DNA of 64,000 bases. Origin: Minisyncoccota bacterium (GTDB lineage: Bacteria > Patescibacteriota > Minisyncoccia > Phycocordibacterales > CSBR16-119). The DNA is taken from positions 9,461-73,460 of the forward strand of contig JAWKSM010000001.1 in the NCBI GenBank assembly GCA_041389065.1. Direction: 5' to 3'. A model generated the notes under the pieces. That model saw only the letters and a list, made by a program, of their open reading frames with translations. It had not been told where the DNA came from and made no database searches. The position numbers and the translations under genes were made by a program. Below are positions 50,208 to 59,973 of this stretch, in pieces. How positions within the stretch are numbered: the first letter of the stretch is position 1; each line of letters starts with the position of its first letter.

Positions 50208-52274
50208 CTAGTCTTGTTCTAGGAACATCTTTTCAAGCTCTTCTATTTCAGAATCGAGCTTTTTTCGTTCGTCGTCCATAAAGTCCGCATCTGATTTTGA
50301 CTCTTGTTTTGATGATTTTTCGGGTTTTGACTCTGAAACTTCAACTTTTTCTGGTTTTTCTTCAAAAACCTCTTCTTGAACCAGACTTTCTTCTGGTTTT
50401 TCCGATCTTTCGTATGAAATATTTGGTATTTCTTCCCTTTCAGATTCACCTTCTTCTTGCAAATATTCTTCTTTTGCCTTTTTTATGGCCAAAATCTGCG
50501 ATGGGTCGGAAGTAATAATTTGATCTTCGGTGTATGAAGCGATAATTTTAATAGCAACGTGCTTTAGTCCAGCAAAGAATATTCCCTCTCCGACTTCGGA
50601 CTCCAAAAGAAGATATTTTTCTTCGTCTGTAAGATTGAACACTTTTTGAAGAGCGTCGGCAGAACTTGTGGACTGCTTCAAAAGAAGTTGCATTGAAGAG
50701 TTTGTCACGATTGGCATTCCGTATGGAGAATTAATGAAGTCGTTCACGTCTTGAGTGATAGTCGAAAGACCGAGATAGTATTTTCTACCTCTTTTTGCGA
50801 TTGAATAAAGAAAACTTGCGGTGTCTTCTGATTTCATCATCCACCAAGCCTCGTCCACAATCAAAAGTCGCTTTTTTAGATTTTTTCTAACAGCGTTCCA
50901 GATAAAGTGAGTAATAATATACATCGCAACTGGCTTTAGGTCGTCTTCCATATCTCGAACAGAGAAAACAATAAACTTTCTGTTTATATCAACATTTGTT
51001 GGCTGGTTTAGGAAATTTTTCCATGTTCCTTGAGTATATTTCAAAAGTCTTGTAACCACAGATTCACTTCCTTCAAGCCCAGAAAGAACCATTTCAAAAT
51101 CAGAAAGAAGCGGTGGTTCGATATTTGCAAAATCAGAACCAGCTGAAATATCTTTCATTGCGTACGTTTCTGTAATCGCTTTGTCGATAAGAGCATCTTC
51201 TTCTGGTGTAAGTCCGCCGAGCATAATTCGGAAAAGTCCAACAAGCTGAATCGTGTTACTTCGCAAAACATCTTCTGCGGTTTCGTCACCTGTCGGCATT
51301 GGCAAATCAAAAGGATTTATATGGTGTTCAGAAGAAAGAGAAATATTAAAATATCTTCCGCCAATAGCTTCGGCTAAATATTCGTATTCGCGTTCTGGGT
51401 CGATAACAATAACTTCTGCGTCAAACATCAGAGTTCTCAAAATTTCAAGTTTTGTTGAATAAGATTTACCAGAACCAGACTTGGCAAAGGTAACAGAGTT
51501 GTAGTTTTCAAGAGAAAATCTATCGAAAATTATAAGTGATGAATTGTGTCTGTTTACACCATAAAGAATTCCTTTGTCAGAAGACAAGTCAAAAGAAACA
51601 AAAGGAAACAGACTCGAAAGTGGTTCAGAGTTTAGCTTTTGGTGAATAGCAAGAAAGTCGTTTCCTGTTGGAATCACACTGTTAAAACCAACATCCTGTT
51701 GGAAAAGTGCTGGTTTAATGTAGACAAGTTTTGACTCAAGCATCGATTTTACTTCGCTTTCTATTTTTGAAAGTTCTTTTTCTGAATCTTCATAAATTGT
51801 TATATACAAACCAACGTCGAACATTTTTTGTTGCGCTTGTTGAAGGCTGTCTCGCAAACTCTCCAAGTCTTGATACGCAGTATCCAAAACAGGATCACGA
51901 ACCAAACCTTTTGATTCACGAACATTTATCTGACTTTGAACTTCGGCAACCTTCTTTTGAAATTTCTTCAAAATATCTTCTGTGTTTATGTTATGAATAT
52001 GAATTGCAACATCAAAAATTTTATCCAAGTTGATTATTGGAGTGAACCAGTTGTCAGACAGATATCTTGGATAAGAAATAACAAAATATGTTCTTGTTAT
52101 CTTATCTCCAAGATTTAAGTTTTTTGGCGAAACTTTTAAAGCAGATGGCGCTAAAATATCTTGAAGCTCGAGAGTCGCAGCTTCATAAATTTCTTTTGGC
52201 AAAACTGGCATTATTTCACGCTTTTTTGAACCAGATTTAGTATTTGATTTTAAGAAATTATCAAACAATCCCAT
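50208..52274 (-). CDS. virB4: VirB4/TrbE/CagE-family T4SS ATPase
   Basis: 688 aa; Walker A FAKSGSGKSYSTK, Walker B LLIVDEAWWMM, and the typical VirB4 N-terminal domain pattern (YFVISYPRYLSDNWF). Confidence 0.85.
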   Translation of the reverse strand: MGLFDNFLKSNTKSGSKKREIMPVLPKEIYEAATLELQDILAPSALKVSPKNLNLGDKITRTYFVISYPRYLSDNWFTPIINLDKIFDVAIHIHNINTEDILKKFQKKVAEVQSQINVRESKGLVRDPVLDTAYQDLESLRDSLQQAQQKMFDVGLYITIYEDSEKELSKIESEVKSMLESKLVYIKPALFQQDVGFNSVIPTGNDFLAIHQKLNSEPLSSLFPFVSFDLSSDKGILYGVNRHNSSLIIFDRFSLENYNSVTFAKSGSGKSYSTKLEILRTLMFDAEVIVIDPEREYEYLAEAIGGRYFNISLSSEHHINPFDLPMPTGDETAEDVLRSNTIQLVGLFRIMLGGLTPEEDALIDKAITETYAMKDISAGSDFANIEPPLLSDFEMVLSGLEGSESVVTRLLKYTQGTWKNFLNQPTNVDINRKFIVFSVRDMEDDLKPVAMYIITHFIWNAVRKNLKKRLLIVDEAWWMMKSEDTASFLYSIAKRGRKYYLGLSTITQDVNDFINSPYGMPIVTNSSMQLLLKQSTSSADALQKVFNLTDEEKYLLLESEVGEGIFFAGLKHVAIKIIASYTEDQIITSDPSQILAIKKAKEEYLQEEGESEREEIPNISYERSEKPEESLVQEEVFEEKPEKVEVSESKPEKSSKQESKSDADFMDDERKKLDSEIEELEKMFLEQD

Positions 52275-52275
52275 A

Positions 52276-52911
52276 TTATTCTTTACTAAAATTTACTTTT
52301 GCTTCAGCATCGCCTGGATTAAATACTTTGTAAAACAATTCAACTTCTTCGTCCGTTTTTAAAGCTACGGTTCTCACACCAACACGAGAAAGCCCTTGTT
52401 GCACAAGAGAAACTCTTTGCTCAAGCTGTGAACGATATGTTTCGAATTCCGCTTTTTTATCTTTTTCAATATTTGAACTCGGTAAAATTTTTCCCAAAAG
52501 TCCGCCAGAAGTTACAAGATTTGCGGGAGTATACGGAACAATAATAAAAAAGTGCTTTGTCATAATATTTACATTGTCAGTAAAATTTTGAATAAACTGC
52601 ATGTATTCTTGTGTTTGAACTTTCAAAAGAGGTTCTGTTTGATTTTTAAGTTTTTCTTCAAGCGTTGCAAGATATGAAGTAACGTCATATTTTCTTGATT
52701 GGATAGAAATTTGAACAGAAAAATCTAAAGTGTTTAAGAAATTTTGAAACTGCATAATAATAGCATTTTGTTCATCTTCGGACTTTAGAGAAATGTTTAC
52801 AGAAGACGCCATTAAAACAGATCGCAATCCACCATCTTTCAAAACAACGATTCCATCTTGAATCTCTTTTATTGGTACAAATTCTTGTGATGCACGTGCG
52901 TTTAATGCCAT
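52276..52911 (-). CDS. Protein resembling the extreme N-terminal segment of Gram-positive-type VirB4 ATPases (separate ORF)
   Basis: 211 aa. FVPIKEIQDGIVVLKDGGLRSVLMASSVNISLKSEDEQNAIIMQFQNFLNTL matches the P.eeI.dG...tkdG.y..il.v..iNf.l.s..Eq pattern that normally opens VirB4-like proteins of Firmicutes-type conjugation systems. Its stop (TAA) is separated by 1 nt from the virB4 ATG. Confidence 0.6.
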   Translation of the reverse strand: MALNARASQEFVPIKEIQDGIVVLKDGGLRSVLMASSVNISLKSEDEQNAIIMQFQNFLNTLDFSVQISIQSRKYDVTSYLATLEEKLKNQTEPLLKVQTQEYMQFIQNFTDNVNIMTKHFFIIVPYTPANLVTSGGLLGKILPSSNIEKDKKAEFETYRSQLEQRVSLVQQGLSRVGVRTVALKTDEEVELFYKVFNPGDAEAKVNFSKE

Positions 52912-52951
52912 GATAAGTAAATAAGGTTACTTTGTATATTCTATCACACAA

Positions 52952-53368
52952 CTACTTCTGTCTTTTGTTCATATCCAAAACATCAAGACTCCATGAAATG
53001 TCTTTTAATTTATTTTCTGTTAGCTTTGGTAAATTTGAATCCAAAGAAGGTCCTGATTTTTTACTTGGAAGAACTTTTTCTTTTTTAGGTGCGCGTTGTT
53101 TCCAAACAAAAAGCTTACTTCTAAAAAAATATATAAAAGATGATTGTAAAACTTCAGAAAAATCTCGACCATTTACTTTGTAAAAAGTAAGCGCCAAAGC
53201 AAGACCGACAACAGCAATAATCAAAGGAACTGCAATAAAAATTGGCAGAACTTTGTAAAAAACATAACCACCGCCGGCACCACCCAAAAGATAGATGAAC
53301 TGCTTAAAAGTAAACGGGCCAAAAATTTTATCTTCAATCTCGATAAATTGTGGAACTTGAAATCTCAT
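52952..53368 (-). CDS. PrgI/VirB3-like small membrane protein
   Basis: Start re-assigned to the ATG at 53368 (MRFQVPQFIEIEDKIFGPFTFKQFIYLLGG...), followed by two TM helices. It is in the classic position just upstream of VirB4. Confidence 0.65.
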   Translation of the reverse strand: MRFQVPQFIEIEDKIFGPFTFKQFIYLLGGAGGGYVFYKVLPIFIAVPLIIAVVGLALALTFYKVNGRDFSEVLQSSFIYFFRSKLFVWKQRAPKKEKVLPSKKSGPSLDSNLPKLTENKLKDISWSLDVLDMNKRQK

Positions 53369-53411
53369 ACTTATATTATAGTAAAGTGTTTTAAAAGTAG
53401 TAAGTGGAAAG

Positions 53412-53436
53412 AAAAAATCCCTCACGGGATTTTTTC
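53412..53436 (-). terminator. Terminator-like hairpin inside the T4SS-like operon
   Basis: AAAAAATCCC-gtga-GGGATTTTTT, between the 211-aa acidic protein gene and the PrgI-like gene. Confidence 0.45.
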
Positions 53437-53437
53437 T

Positions 53438-54073
53438 TTATTCAATAGGTTCACGATAAGGATCAAATTTTATTTCTGGAATTTTTATCACATTATCTTT
53501 TACTTGTTGCTCTGGAACATTTTGTGGTTCTTTTTTCTCTATGACAATCTCTGGATTTGGCTCTGGTTTTGGTGTTGGGATATTTTCTGGCACCGGCTTT
53601 TCTTCTACTGGTGGTTTTGGTTTTGGTCTATTGTCGACCATTGTTTGAATATTTCTTTTTTCTGTTTTCGGCCTGTAATTTTCATCCAAATCAACGCCAG
53701 CGTGGTGAAGTTCATCTTTTTCTTCATCGGCCATAATCTCGCCTGTCGCAACTTTTTCATAATGAATCTTCAGCGCATCTCTTATTTTTGAAAAAAGTTT
53801 GCTATTTATTTCATCAACAATATTTACAAGTTCGTCGTCACTTAATCCTGTTCGTTTTTGAACATTTTCAGGGAAATCTTTTGGATGTTCGAGGCCAATC
53901 ATTGTCAAAATAGTTTCAATAGAAAGCACGTCAATATCGTCTATATGCATTTTGTGTTCACGTCCAATATTAAACACAATCCTTTCCCAATCGGAACCTT
54001 TAATAGCATTCCGAACCTCTTCGGGAATATTTTGCATTTGCTCTTCTATTAACTTTTTTTGATTTTCATCCAT
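53438..54073 (-). CDS. Acidic hypothetical protein (211 aa)
   Basis: ORF in an operon position with a Pro/Glu/Lys-rich C-terminal half. Confidence 0.6.
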   Translation of the reverse strand: MDENQKKLIEEQMQNIPEEVRNAIKGSDWERIVFNIGREHKMHIDDIDVLSIETILTMIGLEHPKDFPENVQKRTGLSDDELVNIVDEINSKLFSKIRDALKIHYEKVATGEIMADEEKDELHHAGVDLDENYRPKTEKRNIQTMVDNRPKPKPPVEEKPVPENIPTPKPEPNPEIVIEKKEPQNVPEQQVKDNVIKIPEIKFDPYREPIE

Positions 54074-54076
54074 GTT

Positions 54077-56179
54077 TTATTGTTTATTTTCTTTCTTATC
54101 TTCGTCTTTTGGTTTTTCTTCTTTCTTGTCTTCGTCTTTCTTTTCTTTTTGTTGCTCTTCCATATATTCTCGAGCAGCCCTTTCTGCTTTTTCTTTTTTA
54201 GTCTCATCTTTTATTGACCTTATTTTATCAGCAGTCTGTTTTGCATTACCGGTTGCAATGTTATACGGATTAAATACATTTTTTATCCAACCATCTTCAA
54301 CTGTTCTTGCGTACTCATCTCTACGCCTTTTCTTTTCTTCCTCAACACTCATTGATTTACCCTTAAATTCATCACTGTTTTTAATATCTTCTATTGCTTT
54401 TTCTTTTTCAGAAATTTTTACTTTTATTTTTTCCTGCTTACTTTGAAGTTCTACTATCTCATTAGATTCTTGCTCTGTTCTAACTTCTGGGCCAAGGTCT
54501 TTTAGTTCATTTAGTCTTTTATCAATTCTTTCTTCTTCAATTCTGGAAACTTTAAGTTCTTTTTCTTCATTATCAATCTTTTCTTTATAGACCTTGCTCC
54601 TGCTCTCTATCTCTTTTTTCTCAAAACTAGAAACATTTGATAAATCTTTTGCCATTTCAATCTTCTGTTTCTCTTTTTCTTCTTCATATTTCTTTCGGCT
54701 TTGATCAGAGCCTTTACCAAAATTAAACTTATCTCCACCAAAACCTGTCATTCCATAAGTTAAACCAGTTCCAGCTTGTCGAGAAATCCAACCTGGTATT
54801 CCTTTTGCTTTTGAAGCATTCCGAATATCTAAACTGCTCTCACTAACCTTTTTAAGTGCATTTCGCTGAACCATCAGTTGCCACTTATTTAAACCTTTAG
54901 CATCTGTAATTCTTTGCTCAAACCTACCACTTTCAAGTGCACCTTTTGCAACCCTACCCACTGTAGCCCGCCCCGCAAAAGCAGTTGCGCCCAGCGCTGC
55001 ACCTCCAACAACCCCAAGAGCTTTTCCAACCATGCCTTTTACCATTCCGCCAAGTTTTCCAGCCATACTTTCTGTTGTGCTTTTTGCAATTTGTAATAAC
55101 GTTATTATAAAAATAAAAGGAATAAAAACCCTCATCAAATTAATAAAAATATCACCGCCTTCTACGGGAAGAAGGTCTGAACTACTGCCAATAATAGTTA
55201 GGAAAGAAATAGTTAGATACAAGAAAAATATAAAGACTGGCGCCATAAAAGAAAGCTTTATAACATTATCCTTCCATGAATCAAAGCTCATATCTTTAAA
55301 TATTGAACCACTTCCTGGAACAGCTAAAGTAACGAAAGCTATCGGCGAGAAAATCATTGCGAACCAGAGACCAATAACTCTGGCAACAAAATACAAACAA
55401 ACTGAAAGGAATGTCCAGGCGAGTATTAAGTTAACGATGACCATTAATATAAATACACCGAAAATTGTACCTTCTTTTCCAGCAAAGCTCGGGGTTACTT
55501 CTCCGGCAAACCCGCCCGTTTGTGCATTATATTCACCAATAAAATTACTTACCCCTTTTTGAAAAACAGCATCACTTAAAATTTTCTGAGGATTTATTTT
55601 ATCTACAAGCCCAAATGTTATTGATTTGTAATTTTCTACGTCGCCATAAGTCTGATCATTTTCAATAACAATACTGCCATAAAAAGCTCGAGCCAAAATA
55701 TTTCCAGCGTCTATGACAATTTTAGTAAAAAACAAACTGAAGTTTAAAAGAAGAGCAACGATAATTAAAGTTGGGATGTACTTTTTAGAGCTCGATCCAA
55801 GAATATGCCTTATCGCAAGATACAAAAGAGTAAAAATGAAAGCAATGTTTGAAATATCTCTAATCAGCCCCCAACCTTTTGTAATAAATTCAGCTTGATA
55901 AGCATTTGAGTCCAAGCTATATCCCAAGAAAAAGTCTAGGACTTTAGCGGTTAGCCCAACCAACAAAAAGCTTGGTTCGAGAATAACATTGTAAAAAGCA
56001 TATAAAAGACAGTTTGCTGAAAATACATTAGCGGTAGCACAATTTTCATTCACAGCATTTTCAATATCAGAATTAACACTCAATGGTGTGGTTTGCGCAT
56101 GCACAAAAGTAGCAGGATAGGCAAAATATCCAGAAAAAACAACAAATATTAAAGCGATAACGGTTGCTATTTTTTTCAT
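54077..56179 (-). CDS. Polytopic membrane protein, VirB6/TrbL-like, with a ~230-aa Lys/Glu-rich coiled-coil tail
   Basis: 700 aa with a signal peptide, at least 6 predicted TM helices and a Gly-rich loop (GKLGGMVKGMVGKALGVVGGAALGATAFAG). Its size and position are typical of the T4SS channel subunit. Confidence 0.6.
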   Translation of the reverse strand: MKKIATVIALIFVVFSGYFAYPATFVHAQTTPLSVNSDIENAVNENCATANVFSANCLLYAFYNVILEPSFLLVGLTAKVLDFFLGYSLDSNAYQAEFITKGWGLIRDISNIAFIFTLLYLAIRHILGSSSKKYIPTLIIVALLLNFSLFFTKIVIDAGNILARAFYGSIVIENDQTYGDVENYKSITFGLVDKINPQKILSDAVFQKGVSNFIGEYNAQTGGFAGEVTPSFAGKEGTIFGVFILMVIVNLILAWTFLSVCLYFVARVIGLWFAMIFSPIAFVTLAVPGSGSIFKDMSFDSWKDNVIKLSFMAPVFIFFLYLTISFLTIIGSSSDLLPVEGGDIFINLMRVFIPFIFIITLLQIAKSTTESMAGKLGGMVKGMVGKALGVVGGAALGATAFAGRATVGRVAKGALESGRFEQRITDAKGLNKWQLMVQRNALKKVSESSLDIRNASKAKGIPGWISRQAGTGLTYGMTGFGGDKFNFGKGSDQSRKKYEEEKEKQKIEMAKDLSNVSSFEKKEIESRSKVYKEKIDNEEKELKVSRIEEERIDKRLNELKDLGPEVRTEQESNEIVELQSKQEKIKVKISEKEKAIEDIKNSDEFKGKSMSVEEEKKRRRDEYARTVEDGWIKNVFNPYNIATGNAKQTADKIRSIKDETKKEKAERAAREYMEEQQKEKKDEDKKEEKPKDEDKKENKQ

Positions 56180-56254
56180 TATACGCAGATGAAATCTACT
56201 GTATAAAATTATAACATTGTTATTAAAAACAAAGAGTTTTTTATGTGTAAATCC

Positions 56255-58645
56255 CTAGAAAAGAGATTGCAAAATATTGGCAAATGTTTGAGTGCTTGTT
56301 GTTGGAACAGTTATATTTTGACCATTAAATCCTGACAAGTCTATTTGTCCTGTATCGTCACCAAAACTTAAGTTGCTTAGATAGTGGTTTTGGTTTGGTG
56401 CTGGAATTGCAGAGAAAGAGGCGTTTTGAGAAATCGATGGATATGGATATGGAATTCTTTCGTTTAGTCCAGCATAGTTTACTGAAGTAACTTCTTGAAT
56501 ACATTGGTTTATATAGTTGTTTGCGGCAAATGTCTGAGATTCGTATAGTAAAATATCTTGCCCAAGTTGGTTTAGCTGTGATTCGTTTACTAAAACACCT
56601 TGGTTAATAACTTGATTTAATAAAGATGAGATTGTTTGCATTTCAGGACTACTAGAATCAGCCTGTTGTTCTGGAGTAAGTGCAGCCATCTGACTTTGGA
56701 TAAGTTGAAGTTGCGGCATCACAGACACAATTCCGGTTATTTGATTTTGTAATTCTGTAACCCTATCTGAAAGCTGAGTTATTTGTGAGTAAAGATTTGT
56801 GGCAATTGGTCGAACGGTCGGGATTGTACCAGAAGTAGGATAAGCAGAAATCATTGCCTGTCTATAACCTGAAAAAACATAGTTTATAAAAGCAATAAAT
56901 TGATTGTAGTCAGGAACAACAGAGTCTTGAATATTAATTCCTGTCATTATTTCAACTTGATCAGCATAATAACTTGCTGTTTGACCAGAATAAACACCGC
57001 CTACAATATTTTCTAAATTTATTTGTCCATTTTCATACCATCTTGGGTTTGGTCCAGGAATACAATAATCAAGGGTTCTTATATCTCTTACTAGTGTGTT
57101 GATTGAATCAATAGCGCTTCCAGCTTGAAGAAGATAGTTTTGTTGAATCTGCAAAAGGTTTTCATTACCACCCCCTCCCGATGTTCCACCGACACCAGAA
57201 ACACCATTAAGAATATCTTGAGTTGATGGCTGACTATAATTTGAACCAAAATCGGGATCGTTTGCTTGTGCCCAAAGAGCGTTATAGTTTGGAGAATTTG
57301 GATCAGAACTATAGTTTCCATCTGTTCTTTGGAATGATCTAAGTCCACGCTCTGCAAATTGAGCAATAAGGGCATCAAAGATAAGTCCGAGGTTCTCGTT
57401 TACTTCATCACCCAGCTCTAAACTTCTAAGATGAGAACCGAGTGCGTGAGTTGTTTGCTCTGCAATAAATCTCCCAGGAGTAACTGTCTCCCATTGTGCA
57501 CAATGACTTCTTTGAATATACCAATTAATCATCTCTCTTCTTGCATCTATACTTGTCACATCAGAAAGCTCATTTTGAACAGCCTCAGGAAATAAATCAA
57601 AAACCTCATTTGGATCTGTGTTTGATGACAGAACACTATAATCACCCATATATAGAGGATCGGTTCTACTTATATAATCATCTTCGCCAGTTTCTGAAGC
57701 ACGGCAAATTCTTTGATTTAAAAGCCCTCCAGATTCTTGTAATTCTTTTGCAAAATTTGCAGCAACAGTTACATTTGTACCAGCTGTTTGACGAGCCAAG
57801 TGATTTGTTGCCATTAAATAATTTCCAAAAACATTGTTGTTTGGCTGAGCAAAAGCTCGATAACCCGCCCATCCGCCGACACTAAACCTTGCCTGGAAGT
57901 TTTCATAAGTGGCATATTGATTTCCATGCTGAAGAACTTGATTTAAAGAAAAACGAAGGTTGTCTTGCACAGTATTTTGGACTGTAAGCAAAATTGTTTC
58001 TGAAATAATTCGACCAAAAGGATAGTCTGCAGGGTTTACAGAAAACCAACCAGTAAAACCAGTGATTTCATCTTTTGCAATTTGTTCAAAAAAATTTTGC
58101 CTATCTTCTGGATAAAATGGATTACCATCAAAACCACTATTTATCCACTCGACAGTCATAAATGTTATTTTATCGATAGCTTTTAGAGCTAAATATCTGG
58201 CTATAAGGTCTAAACATTCTTCTTTAAAATTTCCTAAAGTATTTTCTACATCTATCTTTGTTGATTCTACTTTCGTTGTTACGATATGAGCATCATCTAC
58301 TACTGGAACTTTTGGGGCGGGCGTTGTACCATCAACGATACTGGTTGGGTCTATTCCGACCAAAGGCTCTGCCGCATCTCCAACTGCATCCACGGCAGCC
58401 TCTTCCCCTTTTCTTGCAAGTGCGGCTGCAGCCTTTGCAGCCTTTCTTTTAGTAAAATAGGTAACGGTACATCCAGCCGCAACAGCAGCAATCCCGCCCG
58501 CAGTTCCAGTAGCATTAGCGTTGCCACTCCCAGAAAAAAGTTGGGCATTCACTTTTTGTGGATAAAAAGAAAAGCTTGAAACAAAGAATACTGAAAACAA
58601 AAGAAGCGATGAAATTATTTTTTTAAATGTAAAATTAATACTCAT
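56255..58645 (-). CDS. Large secreted or membrane-anchored hypothetical protein (796 aa)
   Basis: N-terminal signal plus a hydrophobic segment (GGIAAVAAGCTVTYF). No motif recognised. Operon position. Confidence 0.65.
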   Translation of the reverse strand: MSINFTFKKIISSLLLFSVFFVSSFSFYPQKVNAQLFSGSGNANATGTAGGIAAVAAGCTVTYFTKRKAAKAAAALARKGEEAAVDAVGDAAEPLVGIDPTSIVDGTTPAPKVPVVDDAHIVTTKVESTKIDVENTLGNFKEECLDLIARYLALKAIDKITFMTVEWINSGFDGNPFYPEDRQNFFEQIAKDEITGFTGWFSVNPADYPFGRIISETILLTVQNTVQDNLRFSLNQVLQHGNQYATYENFQARFSVGGWAGYRAFAQPNNNVFGNYLMATNHLARQTAGTNVTVAANFAKELQESGGLLNQRICRASETGEDDYISRTDPLYMGDYSVLSSNTDPNEVFDLFPEAVQNELSDVTSIDARREMINWYIQRSHCAQWETVTPGRFIAEQTTHALGSHLRSLELGDEVNENLGLIFDALIAQFAERGLRSFQRTDGNYSSDPNSPNYNALWAQANDPDFGSNYSQPSTQDILNGVSGVGGTSGGGGNENLLQIQQNYLLQAGSAIDSINTLVRDIRTLDYCIPGPNPRWYENGQINLENIVGGVYSGQTASYYADQVEIMTGINIQDSVVPDYNQFIAFINYVFSGYRQAMISAYPTSGTIPTVRPIATNLYSQITQLSDRVTELQNQITGIVSVMPQLQLIQSQMAALTPEQQADSSSPEMQTISSLLNQVINQGVLVNESQLNQLGQDILLYESQTFAANNYINQCIQEVTSVNYAGLNERIPYPYPSISQNASFSAIPAPNQNHYLSNLSFGDDTGQIDLSGFNGQNITVPTTSTQTFANILQSLF

Positions 58646-58659
58646 AATAATTACCCCAA

Positions 58660-59547
58660 TTATATACTATATTCTATGAAATATTTTTTAAAAGAATCAA
58701 TATTGCTTACGATGCGACTTGAATATTCATCGTATTGACTCAAATAAGACATTACCCTTACTGGATCATCTTCAATAAAAACCACACTTTGGACTATCTC
58801 TGACATTTTATATAGATTGTTTATATAAGACAGATGAAGACCAGCATTACTATTTGGAACATTCATTGACAACAAGCCATTTATTAAACTATTTATATAA
58901 GACATATAACTTCCAAGCTCAGCTAAAGCATCCTTGTCTGTTGGGTCTTGCATAACATAAGCAATAAGAGTTAATTCGTTTGCTTCTGGGGCATCCAGAC
59001 TGTTGAAAAGTTGTGAAATATTATCTTTGTATTGCAAAACAGATATACCTGAAAGTTTCAGATCAGCTAAAGAATACTTGTCTTTTATACTAAAATTTTG
59101 AATTGATTGACTTATACCATTTGAAACATTATCTACTGCATCCTGATTAAAACCCCCGTTTTGATTTAAAACCGATGCAGTAGTGAAAAATTGTTTTGCG
59201 AAAGCCTCTGTTTCGTTTGACGGATCAGCCTTGTAGGACTCGTCAAAATCGCTTGTTTTTCTTTTATTTTCAACATACTTTTTGTCATCTATTCCGTCAC
59301 CGTCTGTGTCTTTCAATGTTGAATTTGTTCCCCATAAAGCCTCTTCCCAATCATAAAGACCGTCACCGTCTGTGTCTTGTGAAAAATAATCTTGATTTTG
59401 ACTTGAAGCAATAGTTTTTTCTGATAAATTATTATTCCAAACTGTTTTTTTATTTATAATTTTACCAACAAAAAAAATAACTAGTCCACCTAAAACCGCG
59501 AGGAAGATTATTCTAACAAATTGTTTACTTGGTAAATATTTTTGCAT
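58660..59547 (-). CDS. Membrane-anchored protein with thrombospondin type-3-like Ca-binding repeats
   Basis: Start taken at the ATG at 59547 (MQKYLPSKQFVRIIFLAVLGGLVIFFVG). Contains DTDGDGLYDWEE and DTDGDGIDDKKY repeats. Confidence 0.65.
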   Translation of the reverse strand: MQKYLPSKQFVRIIFLAVLGGLVIFFVGKIINKKTVWNNNLSEKTIASSQNQDYFSQDTDGDGLYDWEEALWGTNSTLKDTDGDGIDDKKYVENKRKTSDFDESYKADPSNETEAFAKQFFTTASVLNQNGGFNQDAVDNVSNGISQSIQNFSIKDKYSLADLKLSGISVLQYKDNISQLFNSLDAPEANELTLIAYVMQDPTDKDALAELGSYMSYINSLINGLLSMNVPNSNAGLHLSYINNLYKMSEIVQSVVFIEDDPVRVMSYLSQYDEYSSRIVSNIDSFKKYFIEYSI

Positions 59548-59551
59548 AATT

Positions 59552-59932
59552 TTATGCTGGTAAATCAATAGGAACAGAGGTTCCAAATATGGTCGCCTTA
59601 AAAACAGGCATCACCGTTCCAGCCGGCGGGATACCGACAGTACAATCTGGTATTGGTGTTGGTAAATATAGACCAAGTATCCAAGCACCCGGCACAGTTT
59701 GTCCGAAAGCTTGAGGTCCTGGAACCTCAGCAAAAGGTCCAACAATAGTAGCGCCAGATGGAACAACTATAAAAGGACTTGTTGGCTCTAGAGCTGTTGG
59801 GCAAATTGCTCCTGGTATGGGAGCCGTGGTAATTAGTCCACCAAAAGGAATAAGTGGAGAAGCTTGCGCAAAAGCGCTTTCGGCAAAGACACCAAAAACC
59901 AGGACAAAAGAAAGAAATATGATTTTTCTCAT
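59552..59932 (-). CDS. Small secreted Pro/Gly-rich protein (126 aa), first gene of the T4SS-like operon
   Basis: Start taken at the ATG at 59932 (signal peptide MRKIIFLSFVLVFGVFAESAFAQA). The mature part is rich in P/G/A/T/V and contains two Cys. Confidence 0.55.
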   Translation of the reverse strand: MRKIIFLSFVLVFGVFAESAFAQASPLIPFGGLITTAPIPGAICPTALEPTSPFIVVPSGATIVGPFAEVPGPQAFGQTVPGAWILGLYLPTPIPDCTVGIPPAGTVMPVFKATIFGTSVPIDLPA

Positions 59933-59973
59933 ATTGTCATTATATAACAAAGAAAAAACTTGTTATGTGGATA

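Noticed and set aside
54072-54750. Plus-strand 124-aa Ser/Phe-rich ORF and apparent DNA repetitiveness.
   Set aside because: The region encodes the Lys/Glu-rich coiled-coil tail of the VirB6-like protein on the minus strand. The plus-strand ORF is its low-complexity antisense image, and no exact DNA tandem unit was found.
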